A DNA stretch of 64,000 nt, from assembly GCA_043228905.1 (NCBI GenBank), contig JBHGNT010000007.1:5332001-5396000 (forward strand), given 5' to 3'. The position numbers and the translations under genes are program-made. Positions 19,808 to 32,442 of the stretch are shown here, piece by piece (within the stretch, counting starts at the first letter, position 1; the number at the start of each line of letters is the position of its first letter). The stretch is from Azolla caroliniana (Eukaryota > Plantae > Polypodiophyta). A model generated the notes under the pieces. The model made no database searches. It saw nothing but the letters and a program-made list of their open reading frames with translations, and had not been told where the DNA came from.

Positions 19808-22800
19808 CTACCTTCTCTTCCTCTTGGCCCTTGGCTGATTCAGCGTATCTGAATCAAACATCCGAACCGACTCGGCTTCCTCCGATCGGTTTTCGCTCTC
19901 GTCCGAGTTGGCTGTCTCCAACTCGTCTTCAGTCTTCTCGCCCTTGATGGCTTCATCTCCCCCATGCTTGGCTGGCTTTGGCTCTTTCTTCCGGCTGCTC
20001 CCCTTATGTCCGCTTTCAGACTCTTCTGCGGATCCGAAATCAAATTCGTCATCCGACTCGGCATCACGGTCTTTTCCGCTCCTTTCCTGCTCCCTTCCTT
20101 GCTCATCCGGGACGTCTCGCCCCCTCAAGTTCGGCACGTCAAGGTGACGCAACCCAAGCGCACCCGAGAATTGCCGCAACTTGTCCAGACCAAGAGGCTT
20201 GGTGAAGATGTCGGCGTTCTGCCGATCCGTCGGAACATACTGAAGTTCGACTTCACCGGAGAGGACATGCTCATGGATGAAATGGTAGTGCACCTCAATG
20301 TGCTTAGTTCGGGCGTGGAAGACAGGGTTCTTTGCTAGCTGGATGCTGCTGAGGTTGTCGCAGTAGATTGTCGTTGGATCGGATACCACAGATCCTTAAG
20401 TATCCACTTCAACCATATGGCTTCGCATGTCGCGACAACCGCTCCTCTATACTCGGCTTTGGTGCTCGACAACGCAACTGTCGGCTGCTTCTTGCTACTC
20501 CACGCGATCGCGGCACTCCCAAGAGAGAACGTGAAACCGGACGTGGATCGGTGATTGGCGGCGTTTCCGACCCAATCAACATTGGTGTAATCGACCAACT
20601 GTGCGGTAGTATCGGTCCGATATAGTAGCCCTCGGTCCTTAGTGCCATTGACATACCGGAGTATGCGTTGTGCACCCTGAAGGTGCTCCTCGATCGGTCG
20701 CGCCATGAACTAACTAATCACCCCGACCGGGTAGCTGAGATCTGGTCGGGTGATGGTCAAGTATATAAGGCTTCCGACTATCTATCGAAACCTCGTCGGG
20801 TCACATACCTTTCCGGAATCGGGGCGAAGCTTGACGGTTCTATCCAGAGGAGTTGAGACAGACTTACAGTCGGCCATCCCGAATTTGAAGAGCATACTCA
20901 ACACGTAATGCCGTTGGCTGATCAGTATGCCTTCGGGGGTGCGGATCACTTCGATCCTAAGGAAGTAATGAAGGTCCCCCAGGTCCTTCATGTCAAATGA
21001 TGCCACGAGCTGGAGCTTTACACGGTCAATTTCACCAAGGTCGGCACCGGTGATGACCAAGTCATCGACATAAAGTAAAATACTAATCGGCCCGAGTTGA
21101 CCTTTCCGGATGAACAGTGAGGAGTCCGATTTTGACGTCGCAAAGACCATCCGACGCAATCGTTGCGTGATCTTCGCGTTCCAGGCACGCGGGGCTTGCT
21201 TTAGTTCGTAAAGGGACTTCTTCAATCGGCACACCGCCGAAGTGTTCGTTTCGGAGTGAAATCCGGGGGGCTATACCATGTACACTTGTTCCTCAAGCTC
21301 ACCTTGCAGGAATGAATTCTTTACATCCATTTGATGTAAGTGCCACCCCTTTGCCGCAGCTATTGCGAGCAAAACACGGACGATTTTCATCTTTGCGACT
21401 GGCGCAAACGTCTCATCATAGTTGATGCCGTGTTTCTGTGTGTAGCCTTTAGCTACTAACCGGGCCTTGTATCGGTTGACGGAGCCGTCAGTGTTGTACT
21501 TGACCTTGTACACCCACCTACATCCGATCAGCTTCACACCTTTCGGTGTGTCAACCAGGTCCCAGGTTTCATTCTCTGCTAATGCGCACATCTCTTCCTC
21601 CATTGTGGCACGCCAATTTGCGTCCTTCGCCACTTCTGCGTAGCTCTCTCGCTCACGCACTTCCGCTACACGGGTCATGTACGCATAGTGATGCGCCATG
21701 TACTCGTTGTATCCGAACCGCACAACAAGGTTCTTCTGGCGGGTAGATTGATGTAATTGTTCATTAGCCGATGTTGAGGCTTTCTTAGCCGACGCAGACT
21801 TCGCTCTCGAAGACCCGTCATCACTTCCCTCGGAGTCGGACTCGCGTCAATCCGACTCGTTCCTATCCGTGCCGTAATCCGACACCTTGTTCTTCCCTTT
21901 TTCCTTGCATGTAAGCCGTCTCCTTGGCTTCCTGCGCGGGGAATGCACTGCCGAGTCTCCACTACTCGCCGACTCTTCATCGGACTGGTCGAACCGACTC
22001 AGTCGTCCATCCAGTCCGCTTAACCGAAACGAAATTGGACTCTCTTCGCGGGTCCCAATTTCAAGCTCATTCGAAGGCATCTCGGCCTCGCTGACCTCAT
22101 TATCAGAACTCGGATTAGAGGTGAACTCTGGAGTCGAAGGCAAGTACTAGGACACAGACTCGTTAAACACAACGTCGCGGTTCACGTGCACTTGTTTGGT
22201 GCGAGGGTTATAACACTTATAACCCTTCTGCTCATCCGAATAGCCGACCAAGATACACTTCTCGGCTTTCGCGTCCAGCTTCGTTTGCTTCTCCTTCGGT
22301 ATATGCACATACGCAATGCTATCGAAAACTCTTAAGTGTCGCAGATTCGGCTTCGTTCGAAGTATAGCTCATGCACCGACACTTTTTCTCCGATCCTATT
22401 CTGGATGTATACCGCGGTTCATACTGCCTCGGCCCAATAGAACTTGGGCAAGCTCTTCTCCTCCAGCATTGCCCGTGCCACTTCTACAATTGACCGGTTC
22501 TTCCTCTTGGCCACGCTGTTTTGCTCTGGCGTGTATCTACAACTGAATTCGCACCAAATTCCCATATGTTGCAGATAGCCATTGAATTGACCGGAAAAGT
22601 ACTCTTTTCCATCATTCGACCGCATGCACTTGATCTTTCTTCCTGTTTCCCTTTCAATGAAACTTTTGAGGTCTCGGAAATAGTTGAAGACTTCACTCTT
22701 CTTCTCAATGAGGTAGATCCACGTGTGCCGCGTATAGTCGTCGATGAAGGAGATGAAATATCGACTCCCGCCAGGACTAATGTTCTGTGCCGGCCCCCAT

Positions 22801-25075
22801 ACATCGGAATGTATCAAGTCGAGCTTGTTCTGACTTCGGTTACGCTCGTTGGGGAAAGGAAGTTGGTGTTGCTTCCCTAGCTGGCAGGCTTCACAAATTT
22901 GTGCCTTCTGGCCACTAAATTTGGGCAATCCGAACACCACCTGTTTCGATTGCAGGTCCTGAAGCCGTTGATAGTTAACGTGGCCTATCCGCTTGTGCCA
23001 TAAGTCGATATCTGACTCGACTTTTTGTCCTTTCGCGAACATTGTGATACCACCGTCACTAGAGTCGAGGATAAACATCCTCTTGTCTCTAGGCCCTTGC
23101 GCAATAACTTGGCCTTCTTCCTCAATGAAGCACCCAAGATGCGTGAACTGGACTTGCATCCCCTGGTCGACGATCTGATTAACCGACACCAGATTCTTCG
23201 TGATTGTTGGGACGTGTAACATGTTCATAAGTTTCCCTTTTTGCCCGACATGGCTTAAGGGAACTTCACTGACATTCGCGATCAGATGCGGAGTGTCGTC
23301 TCCGGTTGTGACTACTCTCGGTTGCATCGGTTTCTCAAGGTATGAGAACCACTCCTTGTGGCGCGTTGTCATGAAGATTTTCGTCCACGAGCGGAAACCC
23401 GAGCAACGAGAGCCAAAGAGCGATGTGCAACGTTGCACACGTACATAATGTATTTGTAATAATAATAGGGGAAAAGGGTATGGTGTTAGAAATGCCCCGT
23501 AAGATCCCTAAGGTATAAAGGCGATGTGGTCTTGTGCGCACATCCACGCGCGAGAGAGAGAGAGGTACTATGTGGTACATAGGTACCTAGTTGTTTGTGA
23601 GGAGGTGGGAGTTAAGGGGCCATCAATCTCACCCTCCCCAAATCAAGGCAAATATCCCCTTTGAATGAAAGGGGATATTTTAGTCTCGTTTTTGTAAACG
23701 GTCTTCCCTCCTTGTGCTATAAAATGAGAGGGAAGGCACCATTGTGGGGTTGCCTATTTTGAGTGTGCGAGGTATACCACATAGGTCGAGTGTTAGGGTT
23801 AGGGTTAGGGATTTGAGTAGTCGTTTGGTGCGGCCTATGCGGCCACCATTTTGTAATCGTTCATTTCGTTTTAATACATCCTGTTGTTCATCTTGTCTCC
23901 ATCTTCCTCTTGTTCGATCTAGTCTCTTGTTCATTCTTCTTCTTCTTGAGCAAAGCTTCCATTCCGTGTCCGATTCCTTCTCCTCTACTCCTTAGTCCAA
24001 GACCCCCGTGGTCCCGCCCTTCTCCACGCACGCGCATAGCAACGCGACAACGTCATGTGGTTTGATGCGCCGGAGTCGACGTACCACACCTCGTCCAACT
24101 TCGGGGTGATCTTCTTCATCGAGTTTCTTCGTGTCTCGTCACGAAGACTGACCCTTTTCCGGGTCCTTCGGCGTAGTGCGATCACTGCCGATTTCCTTAG
24201 TTGTTCTATCCGGAGCCTGATCCAGACCTCGTTCTCTCCGAATCGGCACTCTTTTTCCAGCACTCGCTCTCCCTATGGCCTTTCTTGCCACAGTACTAGC
24301 ATTCCGCGACGGATTTTCCTTGCCGGTTCTCGTCGCCTCGACTCCCCCTGTTTTCGGAGGGTCCGGAATTGCTGTCGGCATCACTTCGGTCCTGCTCTTG
24401 TCGGCCACTACCATTGCGAGCCGACCTGCCTCGTCCACCACACCCACGGGGTCGATCCGCCTCCATGTATAGCATTCGGATGTCAGTGGGTGCACTTGTT
24501 GACGCACCGACGTGGTTCTCCTCTACAAGGAGCATCGACTGTAAGTCGAAAAATGACGGCATATTCTCCCTCGTACAGACCGCCGTTCGGAAAGCTCCAA
24601 ACTTAGACGCTAACCCGCCAAGACAAACCTGCACCATGTCATCCTCAACGTTCACGTTGACAGAGGCGAGTGAGTCACAAATTTCTTTAATCTTGGTGGT
24701 GTAGTCAGCCACCGACATATCTCGTTGTCGTACATTGCTCAACTCTTGCCTGAGTTGAAGCTTCCTAGCTGTAGTGCTTGCAGCGAAGACCTTTTTCAGA
24801 TTTCCCCAAGCTTCTTTGGGCATCTTGGCATCTCAGATATGGCTCAACAGCTGGTCTCCGACACTGGACGCAAAGCAGTACATCACTTTGCTTGCCGCTT
24901 GTTCCCACACAGGGAAGTCCTTGTGTGTCGCATCAGGTGTTGTGTCGTTAGCTCTGTCGACATAGCTCTAGTGACCATGCCCAAGCAGGTACTGGTGCAT
25001 CTTGTAAGACCAAGATGCGTAGTTGGTTCTATCGAGCTTCTCCACCGGGAGCGAGCTAGCCATTCCTCTGTCCAT
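19808..25075 (-). pseudogene. Copia A gag-PR-IN-RT-RH polyprotein with multiple stops, interrupted by a solo LTR
   Basis: MDRGMASSLPVEKLD start; protease WYVDSGASNHM; LWHKRIGH..CEACQLGKQ; LIHSDVWGP; [11 protein letters not shown]; LLYVDDLV; IYCDNLSSI; ADIFTKPL. Confidence 0.92.
23367..24049 (+). mobile_element. Gypsy solo LTR 1 (683 bp) inserted in the Copia A protease
   Basis: TGTCATGAAGA...AACGCGACA termini shared with Gypsy B, C and E. Flanks GCGT/ACGT. Host frame NHMT|RHKEWF rejoins on removal. Confidence 0.92.
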
Positions 25076-28000
25076 TTTGCTTTTACATGTTCTTCTTGGT
25101 TGGTTTCCTTTTCAAGCCATGTTGGCTGCAGAGGTTCTCAACCCTTGCGCTCTGATACCATGAAAAAGATTATGTGCGGAAGCAATAGAAAACCGAACAC
25201 AGAAAATACGCAGGTTTAATGGAGAGCTTGAATATACACAGTACGCAGGAGAGACAGAGAGAGAGAACACACAGAAAACTCAATTCAAAATAATACTCAA
25301 TCTGCTGACACAAGTACTGACAGTACTTGACTGCTCATAAATGAGCCTCGACACTTACTCCCAAAATTATTCCTTACGAGGAATATCTTTCTAACGACCT
25401 TCCGGTTTACGCACTGATACGACCATGTTATGCATACCGATTTACGTACCCAGTCTACGCACTGGGTTACGCATTGTATTATGCACGAATGTTGAGCTTG
25501 TCTCTCAACAAAAGTTATCGGACATATCGGTTTTGTTCGAATTGGCAAAATCCGAGAACAAAAGGCCGAGCCGACTGGGGTTGGAAGAACTAAAGCCGAG
25601 CTTCGAACTATCGATGTCGATTGTCCGAGAATGTCCTGAATGTCCGACTCAATCCGGACAGATTCTTCTCTACGCTCATCTGATGCCAAAGGGATCAGAA
25701 TCGATCCGCCAAAAGACACTTCGTTATCCCATCTATGACATTATTGGCTGTAGGTATCTTCTCGAGGCCGATTTTCCCTGAAATGATGCAGTCCCGAACA
25801 AAGTGATACCGAGCGTCGATATGCTTGGAGGCGTTGAGATGAACTAGATTTTTCGATAGAGCAACACCCTAACTGTTGCTGAGTCGGAGTCGACTTGTTG
25901 AAATGTGAGCGCCAGTCGATTGAGCTATAAAGCCTCTTTCGCTGCATCGAACGTGGCTACGTATTCGACCTCGGTTGTTGATGTGGCAATGCACTCCTGA
26001 AATTTCGATTTCCATGAGATTGCTCCATTGCCGAATTTGAAATAGTATCTAGTTGTCGATTTTCGACAGTCCACGCAGCCGACAAAGTCTGAGTAGGTAT
26101 AGCTGACTATGCCTGAAGTATCATTCGGGCCGAATAGGATGCTTGACGTATCATTCGGCACAAAAACTATGATAGACTTTTGTGCCCACAAGGTATCTGA
26201 ACACATGCTTAATTGCATTCCAACGGTCGACCAAGATTGTGCATAAATGTCAAAGTTAACGTGCGGAAGCGTTAGACAGGACCTGCTCAGTCGGATAGCA
26301 ACAGAGAATAAGATGAAGGTTTAATGGTGAAGCTTAATACACAGAGAGTATACACAGGAGAGACAGAGAGAGCAGAACGTAAACTTTGATTCAAAATAAC
26401 TCTAAAACTCTGTACATAGAATGTGCTTAGAGAGCACTTTTTACTAGTCCATAAAGGATTGATAGAAGTACTGACAGATACTTCAATACTCCTATGTGCA
26501 ACTGACACTAACTACGAGACAATGATTACCTAGTAGTCTAGGCTACTACTAGGCTTCCGGTTCCCGCTCGAATCCGGCTCAGGCTTATTCAGCCGATCCG
26601 GATCCAGTTGAGCTTGCTCGCTCAACACTCCCCCTCAAGCTCAACTTGAGGTCGGATCGTGGTGTCAGTGTCAGTGGTAACCATTTCTTCTACCCGGCTC
26701 CTTCTGGCATCGCTCTGCCTTGCTCGCGCTCCTCGTCCGGTCTGGTCTTGTTTGCCGCGACCCTCCTCGGTCAGCTTGTCTGCTCACCAGGCCCATTTCA
26801 ACTCCCTCGTTGCTGCGACTCTGGCGCTTGTCGACCCATCGGTTCCTTTGTTTTGGCATCGACTTCCCCTGTGTCTGTGTCCGCTTGGCCTTTAGTTGAT
26901 CCGACTCCTTTGAATCTGTTGAGCAAGCAAGCTCAACCAGATCCGGATTGGCTGAATAAGCTTGAGCCGGATCGGCATCCGGAAGGATGAGCCGGATCGG
27001 TATCCCGATGGTATTCGGAAACAACCAGCCGGATCGGAGAGCTGGATTCGAGCCGGAACTGAAAGCCTAGTAGTAGCCTAGACTAATAGGTAATCATTGT
27101 CTCGTAGTTAGTTCAGTCGCGCGTGTGAGCATTGAAGTACCTATTAGTACTTCTATCAGTCCTTTATGGACTTGTATAAATAGTGTTGTTTAGCATGTTG
27201 TATGCACAAAGTTTTAGAGTTAATTTTTTGAATATAGGTTTATGTTCTGCTCTCTTTTTCTCCTCTGTGGTTTAAGCTTTTCCATTAAACCTTCATCTCA
27301 TTTTCTGTTGCTATCCGGCTGAGCAAGTTCTGTCTAACGCTTCCGCACATTAACATTCACATGGTATCAGAGCGCGAGGGTTGAGAACCTCTGCAGGCGA
27401 CATTTGCTTTTGTAGACGAACCCTAGAACCTAGTAACAACAAAGAGAGAGAAGATATGGAAAGAGGAATGGCGAGTTCACTTCCAATAGAGAAGCTCGAC
27501 CAGAGCAACTATGCATCCTGGTCATATAAAATGCACCAGTACTTGTTGGGGCATGGATATTGGAGTTTCGTGGAAGGAACAAATGAAGTAGCACCGGAGT
27601 CGTCACACAAAGACTTCTCGGTATGGGAGTAAGGAGCGAGTCGGGTACTATACTGTCTCACGTCCGGTGTGCATGATCAAATGCTCAGCTACATCAAGGA
27701 TGCAAAGACACCGAAGGAGGCCTAGGAAAATCTATGGAAGATTTTCGCCGCAAGTACCATAGCTCGTAAGAGCTGAACAACATCCGGCAAAGAGATATGT
27801 CGGTTACAGACTACACCCCCAAGATAAAGGAGATTTGCGACGCACTCAGGTCCATCAATGTGACGGTGGATGAAGACGAGACGGTACAAATCTGCTTCGG
27901 TGGTCTAGCGCAAAGGTACGGGCCAATCCGGACAGCGATTTGCACCTAGGAGAAACCACCGTCCTTCTTCGACTTGCAATCGATGTTGATAATCGAAGAA

Positions 28001-28959
28001 AACCACGCGAGTGGGTCAAGGACCACTCAATCGGACGGTCGGATGCTGTACACGGAGACAAATCGGCCCCATGAACGTGGTGGACGAGGTGGGTCGGCAC
28101 ACAATGGAGGCGGCTGACAAGAGCAGGACTGGAGGCACAGAGGTTGCGTCGACAGCAGTTCCGGACCCTCCACAAGCAGGGGGAGTCAAAGCGACGTCGG
28201 GAACCGACAAGGAAAGGCCGACACGGTGTCGGGGTTGCTACGCCCTTGCGCGCAGAAAGGAGGAGGGACCACGGGGGTCTTGGACCGAAGAGCAAGAGAG
28301 AGAGAGACCCGATTACACAGAACCGAAGATCGCACAGGGACACGGCCCAACAAACAGAGATCACAAACAAACGCCGACGCAGATGGACGCAACAACGAAG
28401 ATATGTACTTATGAAAGCAAGAAAATAACAGACCAAAGTATTACAACCCACGGTAGGGCACGAAATAGATACTAACGAAAGCGAAGAGGGCGGCGAACAG
28501 ATGCCGACCCCTGTATGTCGCGACGCACGGAAAGGGGGAAACAGGTCGGAGGTGCTGCAGGATGCACTCGGGGCGTTCCACGGAACAGCGCAAGCCTCCT
28601 CGAAACCTGCACAGGTACGCGATGGAGCAGAAGACAACGAAAGCAGGAGTGAGAGAGGAGCTCCGAAAACGGTTCGGCAGCACTTCGTCCTCTCTCCGCG
28701 AGATACCCCACTTCTATTCTTCCTCTTCCTTTTATATCCCGTCAAGAGGCCGTTTGGCATTAACTGCATACCAACCGAATCTACCCACCTAGGATCCTCG
28801 TATGTACTTCTTGGCGCGCGTGTGTGTAGAGCCGTTTCCCACGCCTTGTTCCTCCGATTCCTCTCGTGGGCGGTTTTCTTCACGACATCCGCCCCCACCT
28901 AACCGCGCATCCACCGGTATGCGCCCAATTAAGTTGGCACGGAGAAAACCGGCCCGTCT

Positions 28960-31900
28960 TTACTCTTCGCCTGCCGGCCCTTCCTCGGCCTCGGATCGGT
29001 CGTCGCTGCTGTCCAGGAGAATCGGGTCGGGTTCGTCGTCGTGCCGCTTCTTGAAAGCTTTGATCCTCTTCCCGGCCACGGGTATCGCTATTCTCGTACC
29101 GTCGAGTTCCGCCAGATGATACGTCCCGTTGTCGTTGGCGCTCTGTACCGTGTACGGCCCGAACCATCTCTGTGCGAACTTCCGCGTTGCTCGGTGCTGG
29201 TTGTCGAGGCTGCTGTCGTAGACGAGCACCCAGTCACCTTCGTCGATTTTCTTCGGTCGTAGCCGGTGCGTTCGGTCGAACCGGGCTTTGTTCTTTGTCC
29301 TCGCCACCCGGAGCTTCTCCGTAGCCAGTGCCACGTCCTCCGGTCTCCGCTCGAGCTGTCGTATACGCGCGGCCAACAACTCCTCCCGGCTCATCTCGTC
29401 CCTCCAGTCGACCGTTGCCCACGAGGAGATCGTCCGTTCAATCGGCATGATCGGCTTCTGGCCGAACATGAGCTCTGTCGGCATGTACCCGGTTACCGAA
29501 CTGTGCGTGGTCCGGTCTGCCCACAAGGCATAAGGTAGGAGCCGCGGCCAGTCACCGATTCGGCCTCCGCATGCCCGAACCAACGCCTTGACGATCGGTC
29601 CGTGCCCGCGCTCCACCTTTCCATTCGCCTCCGGATTGTACGCAGTGGTGAGCGAGAGCTTGACCCCCAGCCGGTCGAACAGCTCCGCGGCTTCTTCGGC
29701 GTCCAACTCCCCTCGGTCAGCCACGATCTTCCCGACGCACCCGTACCGGCATATCACGTCCTCGATTAGGAACCGACACACGGCCGCGGTCGTCTTGTTC
29801 TGAAGGGCTCGGCCTTCCACCTGGTTCGTCAGGTCTTCCCGCGCTAGGACCAGATACCGCATCTGTCCTACCCCCATTGGCATCGTCACCAGATCTACCA
29901 TCCATTTGAAGTGGATAGTCGGAGGGTACGTAGGGCGAAGCCCGTCCCGGTGTCGGACTATCGAGTGCATCTGACAACTCTCGCAAGTTGACACGAACCG
30001 ATGCACGTCCCGGTACAATCCCGGCCACCAGTACTTCCCCTTCAGCTTCTCAAACGTCGCCCACGTTCCACGGTGTCCAGCCCAAGGGCTGTCGTGGTGG
30101 GCCGCCAGTAGCTCCTCCTGTTCTTCCTTCATCGCCACCACCCGGAGCGGGACGCCGTTCCTCTTCTTCGGGTGCTTCCACAAATGCCCATCTCGGAGAA
30201 AGAATCGGTATGCTTTCTTCCGGATCCGGTTGGCCTCGTCCTTCGTCCATGACGCATCGGGCGTCATTGCCTTCAAAAACCCGCCGATCTGCAGCCACTC
30301 CCCGTCGTACTTGCTCGCGTCGAACTCGTTAAGCGTCGGAGTGCTCATCCCGTCGGTCGTTATGTACGCCGCCTCGAAGAAATCCACGCCGACTTCTTCG
30401 TCTTCCGAAACCATGCCGCCCTCGTCGTCGAACCTCGCCCTCGAAAGCATGTCGGCCATGGCGTTGTCTTTCCCGGAAATGTGTCGTATTTCCGGGTCCA
30501 GGGACTTGATGTACGCTATCCACTTGAGCATTGCCAGGTCCGGAGTCGCGCATCCGGAAACCATACCGAGAATCGGCAGGCAATCCGTCTCGATGATCAC
30601 TTCTGTCCCTATCAGGTAATCTTTGTCGGCCTTAACCGCCGAAACAATACCCCAGAGTTCGCGTTTAACCTGGGCGTATCCTCGCTGCCGTTCACTGAGG
30701 ACTTTCGCGCCGAATCGGATCGGAAACCGATTGCCGTCCTCGTCTTCCTGGTTCACGACCCATCCGATCCCGGTCGGACTGGTATCCACCGTTATGAATA
30801 CCGGGGTACCCTTCCCGTATACCGCCTTTCGGAGTGCCGTTGCCGCTGCAAGGGCCTCTTTCAGCTTCCGAACCGATTCCGCGTGCTCGTCCAGCCATTC
30901 GAACCTTCGCCCCTTTTTCAGCAACCCGTACAGTGGCTCCGCGACGTGTGCGTAATGCGGGATCCATATGTGGTAGAACGCGCATGCCCCCAGGAATCTC
31001 CGTACTTCCGTGACCGAGCTGCAGTCGGGCTTCATCGCGGAGATGGCTTCTACCTTTGCCGGAGACGGTTTCCGGCCATATGGCCCGCACAGGTGTCCGA
31101 CCACCATGATTTCTGACTGCCCGAAGGCCGACTTCTCCCCGGAGAAGGTGAGTCTCGCATCCTCTAGCCTTTGCAGCACCTTCTCGCAGTCGTCGATGTG
31201 CGTCGCTACGAATCGCCGGCATCCGTCCGGCCCGATCGTCTCGTCCCTTTCTTCCACCGGGCATCCCTTGATCGGAATGTCGTCCAGAAACGGCATGGTG
31301 ATGTCCGGGATACAGTCCCTCAGAACCTTGTTCATCGCATTCACCATGTGGGCCACCGAGTTGGTCCCTCCTTGCGGCAGTGTACACATCCGAACTAGGC
31401 CGAGGGGAGTTCGCATCGTCGTAATGTCTCTGCTCTCCACGGCTAGCTGGAACTGGTCGTACCCTGAGTATAGATCCCCGACCGAGTAAATTGACCTTCC
31501 GGCGAAGGCCTCCGCGAACTCGTCTATGGTCGGTCCGATCCCTGCGTTCCGAATGGTCACTCGATTGACCGGCTGCAGGTCCTGGATGAAGCGCAACGAA
31601 CCGTTTTTCTTCGGTACGGTAAACCATCGATTCGAATATGGGGCGCTCGACGGCTCGAGAATTCCCATATCAACTTTCTGCCTCAGCAGCTCCATCAACT
31701 TCGGGATGTGAGCTCTCGGAACCGGGATTGGCTTGAGATTCCATGGTACATGCGGTACCGTGAATATCACCATTGGCTCCACGATCGTCGGGTCAACGCA
31801 CCCGATTTCCTCCGGCGAGAATGCGAAGGCTTTCCCGTGCCTTCCGAGCATTCTCCGAAACCGGTCTTCCTCCGCCGGCAGTAGGAACCCGCCCCCACCT

Positions 31901-32442
31901 ATTTTGAGCTCTCGGAGCGTCTCGTCGGTGAAGGTGTGCCCTATGCAGGCCGGATCTCGTAGACTAGGGTCCGATGCAACCCCTTTGATTCTCGACGCGC
32001 TGTCCTCCAGTAAGGGTGCCGCGACTGGCCTTACCTTCCGGTCCACAGTCTTGTACTTGGTGCTTACGCGGGCCGTCCGAACTGACTCGAGTCCTCGACC
32101 GAAGTCCGCGATGACTCCGTACATCTCCTCGGAACACACCGGTATCGTCCGGTCTTCGTTAAGGCCTTCTTCGACCACCTTTCCCAGCGTCCCCAAGGTG
32201 TCGTCGAATGAGACCGCCTCCACGGCTCCGCTGATTTCCTCGTCAGGGCCGAGAACTCCGCACGCTCGAAGTCTCCCCTCCGCCTTTGTCTTCTCTCGGC
32301 CGCCGATGCCGACTATCGTACACGCTCCGCTGTCGGAGAAGCAAAATACCCTACTTGTCGTACACGGTTTTATCGTACAAATGTGAGGTTTTCCCGGAGC
32401 ATCCGGACTGTCGCGGCCCCACGCCTTGGCAGTCCTCTCTAA
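28960..32442 (-). CDS. pol: Gypsy B pol (RT-RNase H-integrase), uninterrupted ORF of ~1,160 codons, entered from the -1 frame
   Basis: SAPYSNRWFTVPKK, DLYSGYDQ, LPQG, PFLDD; RNase H VDTSPTGIG..ETDCLP..NAMADMLSR; integrase HH..GHRG..CESC, WMVDLV, VADRGE, NGKVER, WFGPY. The frame stays open upstream of the tracked GTG (32223) back to the gag stop. Confidence 0.93.
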   Translation of the reverse strand, partial: LERTAKAWGRDSPDAPGKPHICTIKPCTTSRVFCFSDSGACTIVGIGGREKTKAEGRLRACGVLGPDEEISGAVEAVSFDDTLGTLGKVVEEGLNEDRTIPVCSEEMYGVIADFGRGLESVRTARVSTKYKTVDRKVRPVAAPLLEDSASRIKGVASDPSLRDPACIGHTFTDETLRELKIGGGGFLLPAEEDRFRRMLGRHGKAFAFSPEEIGCVDPTIVEPMVIFTVPHVPWNLKPIPVPRAHIPKLMELLRQKVDMGILEPSSAPYSNRWFTVPKKNGSLRFIQDLQPVNRVTIRNAGIGPTIDEFAEAFAGRSIYSVGDLYSGYDQFQLAVESRDITTMRTPLGLVRMCTLPQGGTNSVAHMVNAMNKVLRDCIPDITMPFLDDIPIKGCPVEERDETIGPDGCRRFVATHIDDCEKVLQRLEDARLTFSGEKSAFGQSEIMVVGHLCGPYGRKPSPAKVEAISAMKPDCSSVTEVRRFLGACAFYHIWIPHYAHVAEPLYGLLKKGRRFEWLDEHAESVRKLKEALAAATALRKAVYGKGTPVFITVDTSPTGIGWVVNQEDEDGNRFPIRFGAKVLSERQRGYAQVKRELWGIVSAVKADKDYLIGTEVIIETDCLPILGMVSGCATPDLAMLKWIAYIKSLDPEIRHISGKDNAMADMLSRARFDDEGGMVSEDEEVGVDFFEAAYITTDGMSTPTLNEFDASKYDGEWLQIGGFLKAMTPDASWTKDEANRIRKKAYRFFLRDGHLWKHPKKRNGVPLRVVAMKEEQEELLAAHHDSPWAGHRGTWATFEKLKGKYWWPGLYRDVHRFVSTCESCQMHSIVRHRDGLRPTYPPTIHFKWMVDLVTMPMGVGQMRYLVLAREDLTNQVEGRALQNKTTAAVCRFLIEDVICRYGCVGKIVADRGELDAEEAAELFDRLGVKLSLTTAYNPEANGKVERGHGPIVKALVRACGGRIGDWPRLLPYALWADRTTHSSVTGYMPTELMFGQKPIMPIERTISSWATVDWRDEMSREELLAARIRQLERRPEDVALATEKLRVARTKNKARFDRTHRLRPKKIDEGDWVLVYDSSLDNQHRATRKFAQRWFGPYTVQSANDNGTYHLAELDGTRIAIPVAGKRIKAFKKRHDDEPDPILLDSSDDRSEAEEGPAGEE

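Larger units (their letters stand above)
19402..25510 (-). mobile_element. Copia A: Ty1/Copia LTR retrotransposon, decayed
   Basis: 5' LTR 25161-25510 (TG..CA). tRNA-iMet PBS TGGTATCAGAGC at 25160-25149. PPT CTTGAGGGGGAG at 19630-19619. 3' LTR remnant 19402-19618. TSD AAAGT. Confidence 0.93.

Noticed and set aside
26940-27060. CRISPR-like or functional repeat array (GAGCCGGATCGG units) in Copia F LTR
   Set aside because: Eukaryotic LTR U3 tandem motifs with irregular short spacing and no cas genes.
27855-28898. 347-aa minus-strand ORF (and the 247-aa ORF at 34600-35343)
   Set aside because: They run through B's LTR into antisense Copia gag across an insertion junction. Chance GC-rich ORFs.
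28960-29100. Chromodomain or env ORF after the Gypsy integrase
   Set aside because: The ORF ends in a short acidic tail ~60 bp before the PPT, leaving no room or motif for either.
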